64,000 nt of DNA, taken from contig JAFPYR010000053.1 of assembly GCA_017412115.1 (NCBI GenBank), forward strand, positions 62,815-126,814. Reading direction: 5' to 3'. The notes under the pieces are model-generated. The model made no database searches and was not told where the DNA came from. It was given only the letters and a program-made list of their open reading frames with translations. The position numbers and the translations under genes were made by a program. The stretch's first letter is position 1, and each line of letters starts with the position of its first letter. Below, in pieces: positions 57,225-64,000 of the stretch. The stretch is from Bacteroidales bacterium (lineage in GTDB: Bacteria; Bacteroidota; Bacteroidia; Bacteroidales; UBA3824).

Positions 57225-57317
57225 AATTGCGATATAAAGCCAATGGAATAAAAAAGTATTTTTTGCTTTTGCGGTGAAAAAGCGTTATATTTGCCGCAAA
57301 AATTGCGGTGAATAATT

Positions 57318-58406
57318 ATGTATATTTGGCAGAAAAAAGACTTTCCTAATTTTGTTTGGGACACTTTAACGGTTATGCAAAGGCTGTCTGAGGTGAAATT
57401 CAATGTCGGAAAACTTTCCGGCATTATGGCCTCGCTCGGTTTTGAAGTGAAAGAAACTACGGCTCTTGACTCCATAACATCAGACATAATAATGTCGTCG
57501 GCAATTGAGGGTATTACACTCAACCGCAACGACGTGCGCTCGTCTGTGGCATGGCAGTTAGGAATCGACAATGCAGGCGTTCCGGCCTCAAACCGATATA
57601 TTGAAGGCGTGGTTGAAGTTATGCTCGATGCCGTCAAAAATTGTAATGAATTATTGACAAAAGATAAACTCTTTAAATGGCATACTTTGCTTTTTCCGTC
57701 GCCCTCACGGTTGGAAAAAATCACAGTCGGCACTTGGCGCAATAGTCCGCTGCCTATGCAAGTGGTTTCGGGACGTTATGGCAACGAAAAAGTTCACTAC
57801 GAAGCGCCACCGTCATCGCAAGTGCCTGAAATGATGGACGTTTTACTCGATTTTATAGCAAACGGAAAACTTGACGGCATTTTAAAAGCGGCAATAGCGC
57901 ATTTGTGGTTTGTAACCGTACATCCGTTCAGCGACGGCAACGGACGTTTGGCGCGGACAATTATGGATATGCTTTTGGCTCGTAACGACGGCAGTCAAAA
58001 TCGTTTTTATAGTATGTCAGCCGCCATAGCCGAAAACCGTAAAACGTATTACGAAGTCTTGGAGCGTACACAAAAAGGCGGTTTAGATATTTCGGAGTGG
58101 CTTTTGTGGTTTTTGGATTGTCTTGACAATGCCGTTGAAAAAGCAGTAAATGTTACAAACCGCACACTAAAAAAAGCAGTTTTTTGGAGCGGACATAATC
58201 AAACAGTTTTCAACAGCCGCCAAATAAAAATCATAAATATGCTTTGGGACGGTTTTGAAGGCAAACTTCAAACCGGGAAATATGCAAAAATCAACAAATG
58301 TTCTACCGATACAGCACTCAGGGACATTCAGGATTTGGTCAGCAAAGGCGTTTTAGAAAAAAAAGATTCCTCCGGCAGAAATACGGAATACGGATTGAAA
58401 GAATGA
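57318..58406 (+). CDS. Fic-family protein (class II: N-terminal inhibitory helix, Fic core, C-terminal wHTH)
   Basis: Canonical HPFSDGNGRLAR (57921-57956). Inhibitory motif SSAIEG = [ST]xxxE[GN] (57495-57512). The protein has its own TAtaTTTG box upstream. Confidence 0.9.
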   Translation: MYIWQKKDFPNFVWDTLTVMQRLSEVKFNVGKLSGIMASLGFEVKETTALDSITSDIIMSSAIEGITLNRNDVRSSVAWQLGIDNAGVPASNRYIEGVVEVMLDAVKNCNELLTKDKLFKWHTLLFPSPSRLEKITVGTWRNSPLPMQVVSGRYGNEKVHYEAPPSSQVPEMMDVLLDFIANGKLDGILKAAIAHLWFVTVHPFSDGNGRLARTIMDMLLARNDGSQNRFYSMSAAIAENRKTYYEVLERTQKGGLDISEWLLWFLDCLDNAVEKAVNVTNRTLKKAVFWSGHNQTVFNSRQIKIINMLWDGFEGKLQTGKYAKINKCSTDTALRDIQDLVSKGVLEKKDSSGRNTEYGLKE

Positions 58407-58410
58407 TATA

Positions 58411-58453
58411 AAAAGGGCTGACAAGTCTTTGTGCTTATCAGCCCTAAAAAAAA
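58411..58453 (-). terminator. Terminator hairpin between the convergent Fic and tex genes (T-run on the tex side)
   Basis: Stem gggctgacaag / cttatcagccc (one mismatch). Confidence 0.6.
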
Positions 58454-58455
58454 TG

Positions 58456-60588
58456 CTATTCTTTCACCAACCCTAATCCGATTCTGTTTCTATCAACGTC
58501 CACAGTCAAAACTTTGACCCTTACGGGTTGATTGATTTTCAGAATGTTAGCGGGATTTACGGGGTTGCGTTTTGTGCCGCCGAACTGCGAAATATGAATC
58601 AGTCCGCTCACATGAACGCCTAAGTCCACAAACGCACCAAAATTAGTAACGTTTGTAACAATTCCGTTAAGTTCCATACCTTCTTTCAAATCCGTGATTT
58701 TCTCCACATTTTGCTCAAATTCAGGCACTTTGAACTCACCGCGCGGGTCTCTTCCGGGCTTTTCCAACTCTGTCATAATGTCAGTTAAAGTTGGCAATCC
58801 CGTCTTGTCATCAACGTATTTTTTGACATCGATTTTTTTGCGCATATCGGCATTAGAAATCAAATCTTTGACACCGCAGCCCAAATCTTTTGCCATTTTG
58901 CTAACGATGTAGTATTTTTCGGGGTGAACGGCTGAATTGTCAAGCGGATTTTCTGCGCCTTCAATCCTTAAAAATCCGGCGCACTGTTCAAAGGCTTTTT
59001 CACCCATTCGCGGCACTTTTTTGAGTTCTGTCCTCGTGCCGAAAGGTCCGTTTTCTTTCCTGTAATTGACAATGTTTTGCGCCAAAGTAGGACCTAATCC
59101 AGAAACGTACATCAAAAGATGTTTTGATGCCGTATTAACATTAACGCCAACTTGATTGACACAACTAACTACCACATCATCAAGACTTTCCTTTAATTTT
59201 GTTTGGTTGACATCGTGCTGATATTGTCCGACGCCGATGGATTTCGGGTCTATTTTAACAAGTTCTGCAAGCGGGTCAAGTAGTCGCCGTCCGATTGAAA
59301 CCGCACCTCTTACCGTAACGTCGTATTCGGGGAACTCTTCGCGGGCAACTTCCGAGGCCGAATAAATTGACGCGCCGGATTCAGAGACGATATAAACCTG
59401 AATGTCGCGGTCAAATCTCACTTTTTTAATAAAGCGTTCTGTCTCGCGGCTTGCCGTGCCGTTACCGATAGCGATACAGTCGATTTTGTACTGCTCAACA
59501 AGGGTCGTAACCTTGCTCATCGCCGCAAAAGCCTCTTTCATACCCGAATGTGGAAAAATCGCCTCGTTGTGCAAAAGGTTGCCTTGCTCGTCAAGACAGA
59601 CAAGTTTGCAGCCGGTGCGGAATCCGGGGTCGAGTGCTAAAATTCTTTTCTTTCCTAACGGACTTTGCAACAATAAGTTACGAAGATTTTCCGTAAAAAC
59701 TTTTATCGCCTCTTCGTCGGCTTTTTCTTTTGAAAGGTTTGCAAATTCGGTTTCCATCGACGGTTGCAAAAGTCTTTTGTAACAATCCTCGGCGGCGAGT
59801 TTTATTTGTTTTGCGCCTTCGCCTTTGCCTTTAACAAACTGACGTTCAAGGATATTGAGTGCGTTTTCGTCTTCGGGTTTGATTGTGATTTTCAAAAAGC
59901 CTTCGTTTTCGCCTCTCATCATCGCCATAAGACGGTGCGAGGGAATGCGCGAAAGGCGTTCTGAATAGTCAAAATAATCTTTGAATTTCTGCGCCTCTTC
60001 TTCTTTGTCTTTAACTAACTTACTGAAAATCACCGCTTCACGGCTGTAAAGATTTCGCATACGGTTTCTTGTTTCAACATTTTCGTTGATATGTTCGGCG
60101 ATAATGTCGCGTGCGCCTTGCAAAGCGTCCTCAATGTTCTCAACTTTATCGTTCAAAAACTTCTCTGCTAACGCTTCACAATCAGAGTTTTGCTGCAAAA
60201 GAATCATATTTGCAAGCGGTTCGAGACCTTTTTCTTTGGCAACGGTCGCGCGGGTCTTTTTCTTCTGTTTGTAAGGAAGATAGAGGTCTTCGAGGTCGGT
60301 CATCGAAAGAACTTCGTCGATTTTTTTCTTCAATTCGTCTGTCAATTTTCCTTGACCCTCAATTGACTCCAAAACCGCCGTTTTACGTTTTTCGAGTTCC
60401 TCGTATTTTTTGAGTTCTTCTTTTATCTGACTGACCTGCACTTCGTTAAGCGTTCCGGTTTGCTCTTTACGGTAACGACTTATAAAAGGCACTGTTGCTC
60501 CTTGTGAAAACAAAAATGCTGTATTTTTGACTTGAATGTCTCTGATGCCAAGTTTTGCGGCTATAAGTTTTATGTATTTTTCGTCCAT
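58456..60588 (-). CDS. tex: Transcription accessory protein Tex (YqgF/HhH/S1 domains)
   Basis: 710 aa. The N-terminus IAAKLGIRDIQVKNTAFLFSQGATVPFISRYRKE is diagnostic. A C-terminal S1 domain is present. Confidence 0.92.
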   Translation of the reverse strand: MDEKYIKLIAAKLGIRDIQVKNTAFLFSQGATVPFISRYRKEQTGTLNEVQVSQIKEELKKYEELEKRKTAVLESIEGQGKLTDELKKKIDEVLSMTDLEDLYLPYKQKKKTRATVAKEKGLEPLANMILLQQNSDCEALAEKFLNDKVENIEDALQGARDIIAEHINENVETRNRMRNLYSREAVIFSKLVKDKEEEAQKFKDYFDYSERLSRIPSHRLMAMMRGENEGFLKITIKPEDENALNILERQFVKGKGEGAKQIKLAAEDCYKRLLQPSMETEFANLSKEKADEEAIKVFTENLRNLLLQSPLGKKRILALDPGFRTGCKLVCLDEQGNLLHNEAIFPHSGMKEAFAAMSKVTTLVEQYKIDCIAIGNGTASRETERFIKKVRFDRDIQVYIVSESGASIYSASEVAREEFPEYDVTVRGAVSIGRRLLDPLAELVKIDPKSIGVGQYQHDVNQTKLKESLDDVVVSCVNQVGVNVNTASKHLLMYVSGLGPTLAQNIVNYRKENGPFGTRTELKKVPRMGEKAFEQCAGFLRIEGAENPLDNSAVHPEKYYIVSKMAKDLGCGVKDLISNADMRKKIDVKKYVDDKTGLPTLTDIMTELEKPGRDPRGEFKVPEFEQNVEKITDLKEGMELNGIVTNVTNFGAFVDLGVHVSGLIHISQFGGTKRNPVNPANILKINQPVRVKVLTVDVDRNRIGLGLVKE

Positions 60589-60650
60589 GTTTTTGAGTAA
60601 AAAATTTGCCGTAAAAATAGAAACTTTTTATTTTCCAAACAAGTTAATTT

Positions 60651-61511
60651 TTAAAATCTGTACGTCAGAGCCGTTTCAAAAGTCAGCCCCGCACCGTCAA
60701 TTTCATCACCAGAATTAACATCAGCCCAGGCCTTTGTACCAAATCTGAAACCTATCTTGCAGGGAAATTCAAACCCTTCACCGAGCAAAACACCAAAAGT
60801 TTTGTCAGGAAAAGCATTGTCCCCAACCGTTACCGGCTGATACGAATCCAAGCCGATTTTGTCGGAAACAACAACCTCATAAAGCGGTCCGAACAGAAAA
60901 TACAAACGGCACCGCCCCAAACGGATATTCCATTTGCACAACAATGGAAAACTCAAATAATGAAATTTTCCGTTCATATCATAACTGACAGGATACGAAT
61001 ACAAATACCCGCTTAAATTCAATTCGCCGTTTATCTGCCGCTGATAATACATAACGCCGGTTTCAAAAGCGAACACTTTCGTAAGATTAATGTCCAGATA
61101 CACTCCGCCGTTAAACTGGGTTGTGGTAACCTCACCAAGGCTCACACCTTCGGTAACGTAATAATTGGCTTCATAATCTCCCCAGTTAACATCAAAACCC
61201 GCCTTCAGCCCGAGTTCCACACGACGGAAAGTTTTTTTCGTCAAAACGATTTCAATTTCCTTTCCTTCAACAACCTGTATTTCCACCGGGTTATAACCGG
61301 CAACAGAAACTCTGATAACGTTGCCGTTGTGCAATTTGATAGTGAACTTGCCGTCAGCACCGGAAAGCGTGGAACTCGTAACTCCTTTTTCCTCAATGGT
61401 TGCGCCGACAAGAGGATTGCCGTCAGGGTCTTTGACAATGCCCGTTACAACCTGCGCAAAAAGCTCAACGGAAAAAAGCATTGCAAAAGCTAACAATAAA
61501 ACCTTTCTCAT
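60651..61511 (-). CDS. Outer-membrane protein: carboxypeptidase-regulatory-like N-domain + porin-type beta-barrel
   Basis: Signal peptide MRKVLLLAFAMLFSVELFAQ. VTGIVKDPDGNPLVGATI is the CarboxypepD_reg signature. The C-terminus is a beta-barrel ending in F. The ATG at 61511 was verified. Confidence 0.7.
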   Translation of the reverse strand: MRKVLLLAFAMLFSVELFAQVVTGIVKDPDGNPLVGATIEEKGVTSSTLSGADGKFTIKLHNGNVIRVSVAGYNPVEIQVVEGKEIEIVLTKKTFRRVELGLKAGFDVNWGDYEANYYVTEGVSLGEVTTTQFNGGVYLDINLTKVFAFETGVMYYQRQINGELNLSGYLYSYPVSYDMNGKFHYLSFPLLCKWNIRLGRCRLYFLFGPLYEVVVSDKIGLDSYQPVTVGDNAFPDKTFGVLLGEGFEFPCKIGFRFGTKAWADVNSGDEIDGAGLTFETALTYRF

Positions 61512-61626
61512 AATATTTCTTTTTTTGCCAAATATAAAACATTTTTTTTGAAAACACAAAAACTAAAATCAAATAAAAAAATGCAAAAAATTTTTGATTT
61601 TTTGTAATTTATTCATTTATTTTTTC

Positions 61627-61634
61627 TACTTTTG
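61627..61634 (+). promoter_or_regulatory. Bacteroidota -7 promoter box TActTTTG for the NTPase-WD40 gene
   Basis: Matches the TAnnTTTG consensus, 28 nt upstream of the ATG at 61662. Confidence 0.5.
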
Positions 61635-61661
61635 CATACTCAAAAGAAAACGTTTTTTTAT

Positions 61662-64000
61662 ATGGAAAATCAATATTTTTTAGGCTCAGAAGCTTACCGC
61701 GCCAACGAGGCAGAATTTTTTCCTGCAAGACAAGACGAAACTCAAAGATTAAGTTATATGCTTGATAACGAAAGAGTTAGCGTTTTAACATCGGATGCAC
61801 GCTACGGTAAAACATCTCTTATCAACGCCGGTATTTTGTCAGAAAACAATTTGAAGAAAAAAAATGCCGCTGCGCTGAAATTTGACGTTCCCGTTTTTGA
61901 ATTCGGTGCTAAAGTTCTTGAAAAACAGTTGGTTGATTTCGTTTCTAAATTCTGTCAAAAACCTGAATATATTGATATGTCATTTGAAAACGACGGTTCG
62001 TTGTGGTTTGCAATGAAACGTTTTCAAGCCAATCAAAAAGATAAAAAACGCATTTATCTTATCTTGGACTCTTTTGAAAACTTTTTTACGTACACTCAGG
62101 CCTCAAGAAAAGAATTTTCAAAAGCGTTAGCCGACTTGATTTACGGTGAAATGCCGCAAAAAATCAACGAAGAACTCCAAAACATAATGTTAGGAAAATC
62201 CGACACCGTAATCTCAAAAGAAGGAATGTCAATGATTTACGAGCCGCTGAACATTTCATTACTTTTCAGTGTCTCAAAAGATAAATACGGTTCGCTCGCG
62301 GAACTAAACCAACATATCAGAGGCATTTTCCAAAACGTTATGAATCTTGAGGCTTTTGATTTTTCAACTGCTGCTAATGCTATCCAAATAATTGTAAAAC
62401 AGCCGTTTAACGAGCTTCAAGAAATCGAAATCGACGAAAAACTTTCAGATAAAATTCTTTCGGAAATTTCGTTTAATTCGATGGTTAGCCCACAAGTTTT
62501 AAGAAATGCCGTTTTGTTTTTAAGAAACAACCCACAAGAAAATTATTTTTCCAAAAACGTTTTTTCTTATTTTACGGAGTCGTTGGAGGATAATGTTAAA
62601 GAAAATTTTCAAAGATTTGTCTTCAACGAAATGGTTTTGGAAGGCGAAACACAACCGCTTCCAGCTTACAAAACAATTGCTTTGAGAAACTACTCGTTAG
62701 AGGAAAATATTTTGGACAAGGCAATAAAATACGGCATTCTAAAACGTCATATAACCGATGACGGAAGAATTTTTTATCTGCCTTGCAATGCCGAAATTTT
62801 CAAAGCGATACTTTCTTTAAAAGGTTTTTCCGCTCAGAATAATTTCACAGAAACACCTAAAATTCAAGCCTTTGCAACAATTGAAAAAGAGAAAAAAAGT
62901 TTCAAATCGCAACGCAACAAAACATTGGTTCTCTCCTCAATGTTAATAGCATTAATAAGTGTTGCGTTTGTATTTTTGGCATTTTCGTTGAAAGGCGATG
63001 CCGAACGCAGTGCAAACATGGCTAAAAGTAATATGCTGACGGCTTTTGCATTTCAAAAATTAGAAACCGACCCGACTTTCAGTTTAAGACTTTCACAAAA
63101 AGCCATTGCACTGGACACCTCTAACATTCAGGCTTACAGCGCATTACTAAATTCTTTTTATAATACTGACATTTTTTACAACATAACGGGAAATTTGGAA
63201 GAAAACGTTGTTAAATCCGAAATTTCCTCTGATGCCACATACGTTTTGACATACGTTAAAAATGAGACGGAAGAAAAATATTCAGCACGGATTCTTACCG
63301 CTGACGGAAATATTGTTTTGCAAATTCCTCATAATAAAGAAATTACGTCAATAACAATTTCAAAAGACAAATCCAAAATTTTAACGACCTCATACGATAG
63401 TACGGCAAGAGTTTTCGATTTTTCTGGCAAAGAAATTCTTTCGATAAAAGGTCATAAAGCCATACTTTGGGCGGCGGATTTTTCTTTTGATTCTGAAAAA
63501 ATTCTCACCGCTGGCAGCGATTGCAAAGTAAAAGTTTGGGATTTTTCAGGTAATTGTCTTTCAACACTTTCGGGACATGACACAGATGTCTATTCGGCAA
63601 AATTTTCACCGGACGGAATGTCGATTTTAACATCTTCGGGCGACAATACGGCAAGACTTTGGACTTTGGATGGCAAACTCAAAAAAGTTTTTGAAATCAA
63701 AGAAGACAACAGATTTTGCGTTTCGTTAATTATTTCAGCCGTTTTTTCACCTGACGGAAAATACATTTTGACGGCTTCAAACGATTATCTTAACAAAAAT
63801 CATAAAGCCCGCCTTTGGGATTTGGAAGGCAACGAATTAGTAACCTTTTCCGGACATGACCTTTGGCTCAACTCCGCTGAATTTTCTTCAGACGGCAAAT
63901 ATGTAATAACCTCTTCAAGGGACAAAACTGTCAGAATTTTTCAGCTTAACGGCAAGCAGGACAAGGTTTTACGCGGTCATAACTCCAATGTTTGGAGTGC
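61662..64000 (+). CDS. nSTAND1-like P-loop NTPase + single TM helix + WD40 beta-propeller repeats; 3' end beyond the window (absent from the supplied ORF track)
   Basis: I translated this by hand and found no stop from the ATG at 61662 to 64000 (about 779 codons). The N-terminus YFLGSEAYRANEAEFFPARQDE...VSVLTSDARYGKTSLINAGIL has a P-loop (GKTS = 61806-61817). Walker B-like IYLILDSFEN. TM helix TLVLSSMLIALISVAFVFLAFSL (62922-62990). From about 63330 there are at least 5 WD40 units (GH...WD/FD, e.g. GHKAILWAADFS...VKVWD, GHDTDVYSAKFSPDG...ARLWT). Confidence 0.8.
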   Translation, partial: MENQYFLGSEAYRANEAEFFPARQDETQRLSYMLDNERVSVLTSDARYGKTSLINAGILSENNLKKKNAAALKFDVPVFEFGAKVLEKQLVDFVSKFCQKPEYIDMSFENDGSLWFAMKRFQANQKDKKRIYLILDSFENFFTYTQASRKEFSKALADLIYGEMPQKINEELQNIMLGKSDTVISKEGMSMIYEPLNISLLFSVSKDKYGSLAELNQHIRGIFQNVMNLEAFDFSTAANAIQIIVKQPFNELQEIEIDEKLSDKILSEISFNSMVSPQVLRNAVLFLRNNPQENYFSKNVFSYFTESLEDNVKENFQRFVFNEMVLEGETQPLPAYKTIALRNYSLEENILDKAIKYGILKRHITDDGRIFYLPCNAEIFKAILSLKGFSAQNNFTETPKIQAFATIEKEKKSFKSQRNKTLVLSSMLIALISVAFVFLAFSLKGDAERSANMAKSNMLTAFAFQKLETDPTFSLRLSQKAIALDTSNIQAYSALLNSFYNTDIFYNITGNLEENVVKSEISSDATYVLTYVKNETEEKYSARILTADGNIVLQIPHNKEITSITISKDKSKILTTSYDSTARVFDFSGKEILSIKGHKAILWAADFSFDSEKILTAGSDCKVKVWDFSGNCLSTLSGHDTDVYSAKFSPDGMSILTSSGDNTARLWTLDGKLKKVFEIKEDNRFCVSLIISAVFSPDGKYILTASNDYLNKNHKARLWDLEGNELVTFSGHDLWLNSAEFSSDGKYVITSSRDKTVRIFQLNGKQDKVLRGHNSNVWS

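Noticed and set aside
57179-57742. 187-aa minus-strand ORF spanning the NADAR/Fic junction; also 56057..56494 and 54717..55007 (both minus strand)
   Set aside because: These are shadow ORFs. Two of them owe their shared VVTFCSVYDANLVTFC peptide solely to the duplicated 45-bp promoter cassette. The Fic and NADAR frames are strongly supported.
657-64000. Linking the caspase-domain protein (0.7-3.1 kb) and the STAND-like NTPase-WD40 gene (61.7 kb onward) into one caspase-STAND conflict system
   Set aside because: They are about 58 kb apart on opposite strands with dozens of housekeeping genes between them, and the caspase protein has a signal peptide. There is no positional evidence for a functional link.
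1-64000. Scan for tRNA, rRNA, tmRNA, RNase P and transposase/integrase genes
   Set aside because: None of the intergenic regions contains cloverleaf-compatible sequence (no GGTTCGAATCC-type T-arm in context) or rRNA-like conserved blocks. No ORF shows DDE or tyrosine/serine recombinase motifs. This was a by-eye scan, so tRNAscan-SE/Infernal should confirm it.

Overview
This is a low-GC chromosomal segment that looks like Bacteroidota. The evidence is a T9SS type-B C-terminal sorting domain with SprB-type repeats, TAnnTTTG -7 promoter boxes in front of many genes, no Shine-Dalgarno sequences, and A/T-run intergenic regions. All calls come from by-eye motif reading of the ORF track and the DNA; no database search was run.

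The backbone is housekeeping: metY (3' fragment), purT, rnz, asd, an aspartate-type aminotransferase, priA, lysA, rimO, an RluA-family pseudouridine synthase, tex, and gpx. Interleaved with these are many envelope proteins: three OmpA-domain proteins, a 1,734-aa SprB/PKD adhesin, porin-like barrels, an M13 peptidase, GH97, an NRAMP transporter and a CNNM/CorC transporter.

The regions worth a second look are these:
1. A visibly more GC-rich ~4.5 kb islet (53.9-58.4 kb). It holds a TetR/nitroreductase deletion scar, an AAA_14/DUF4143 ATPase bracketed by a duplicated 45-bp promoter cassette, a NADAR protein with an extra N-terminal domain, and a class II Fic enzyme.
2. A tightly coupled four-gene sensory operon (38.55-46.0 kb): two output-less HAMP-GAF coiled-coil membrane proteins, a YfiR/DUF4154 protein and a hybrid histidine kinase.
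3. A gene missing from the ORF track because it runs off the 3' edge (61662 to beyond 64000). It encodes an nSTAND1-like P-loop NTPase, one TM helix and WD40 repeats.
4. A secreted MORN-repeat protein ending in a caspase (C14) domain with an intact His/Cys dyad.
5. Two tandem promoter-to-terminator modules after rimO that share a 20-nt operator-like box and a 33-nt identical core. These are candidate paralogous sRNAs.
6. Two stand-alone DUF1987/SiaC-like paralogs with zinc ribbons fused at opposite ends.
7. An orphan methyl-accepting chemotaxis protein.
8. A heptad-repeat inverted array between asd and the CNNM gene.

I found no rRNA, tRNA, CRISPR array, transposase or integrase.
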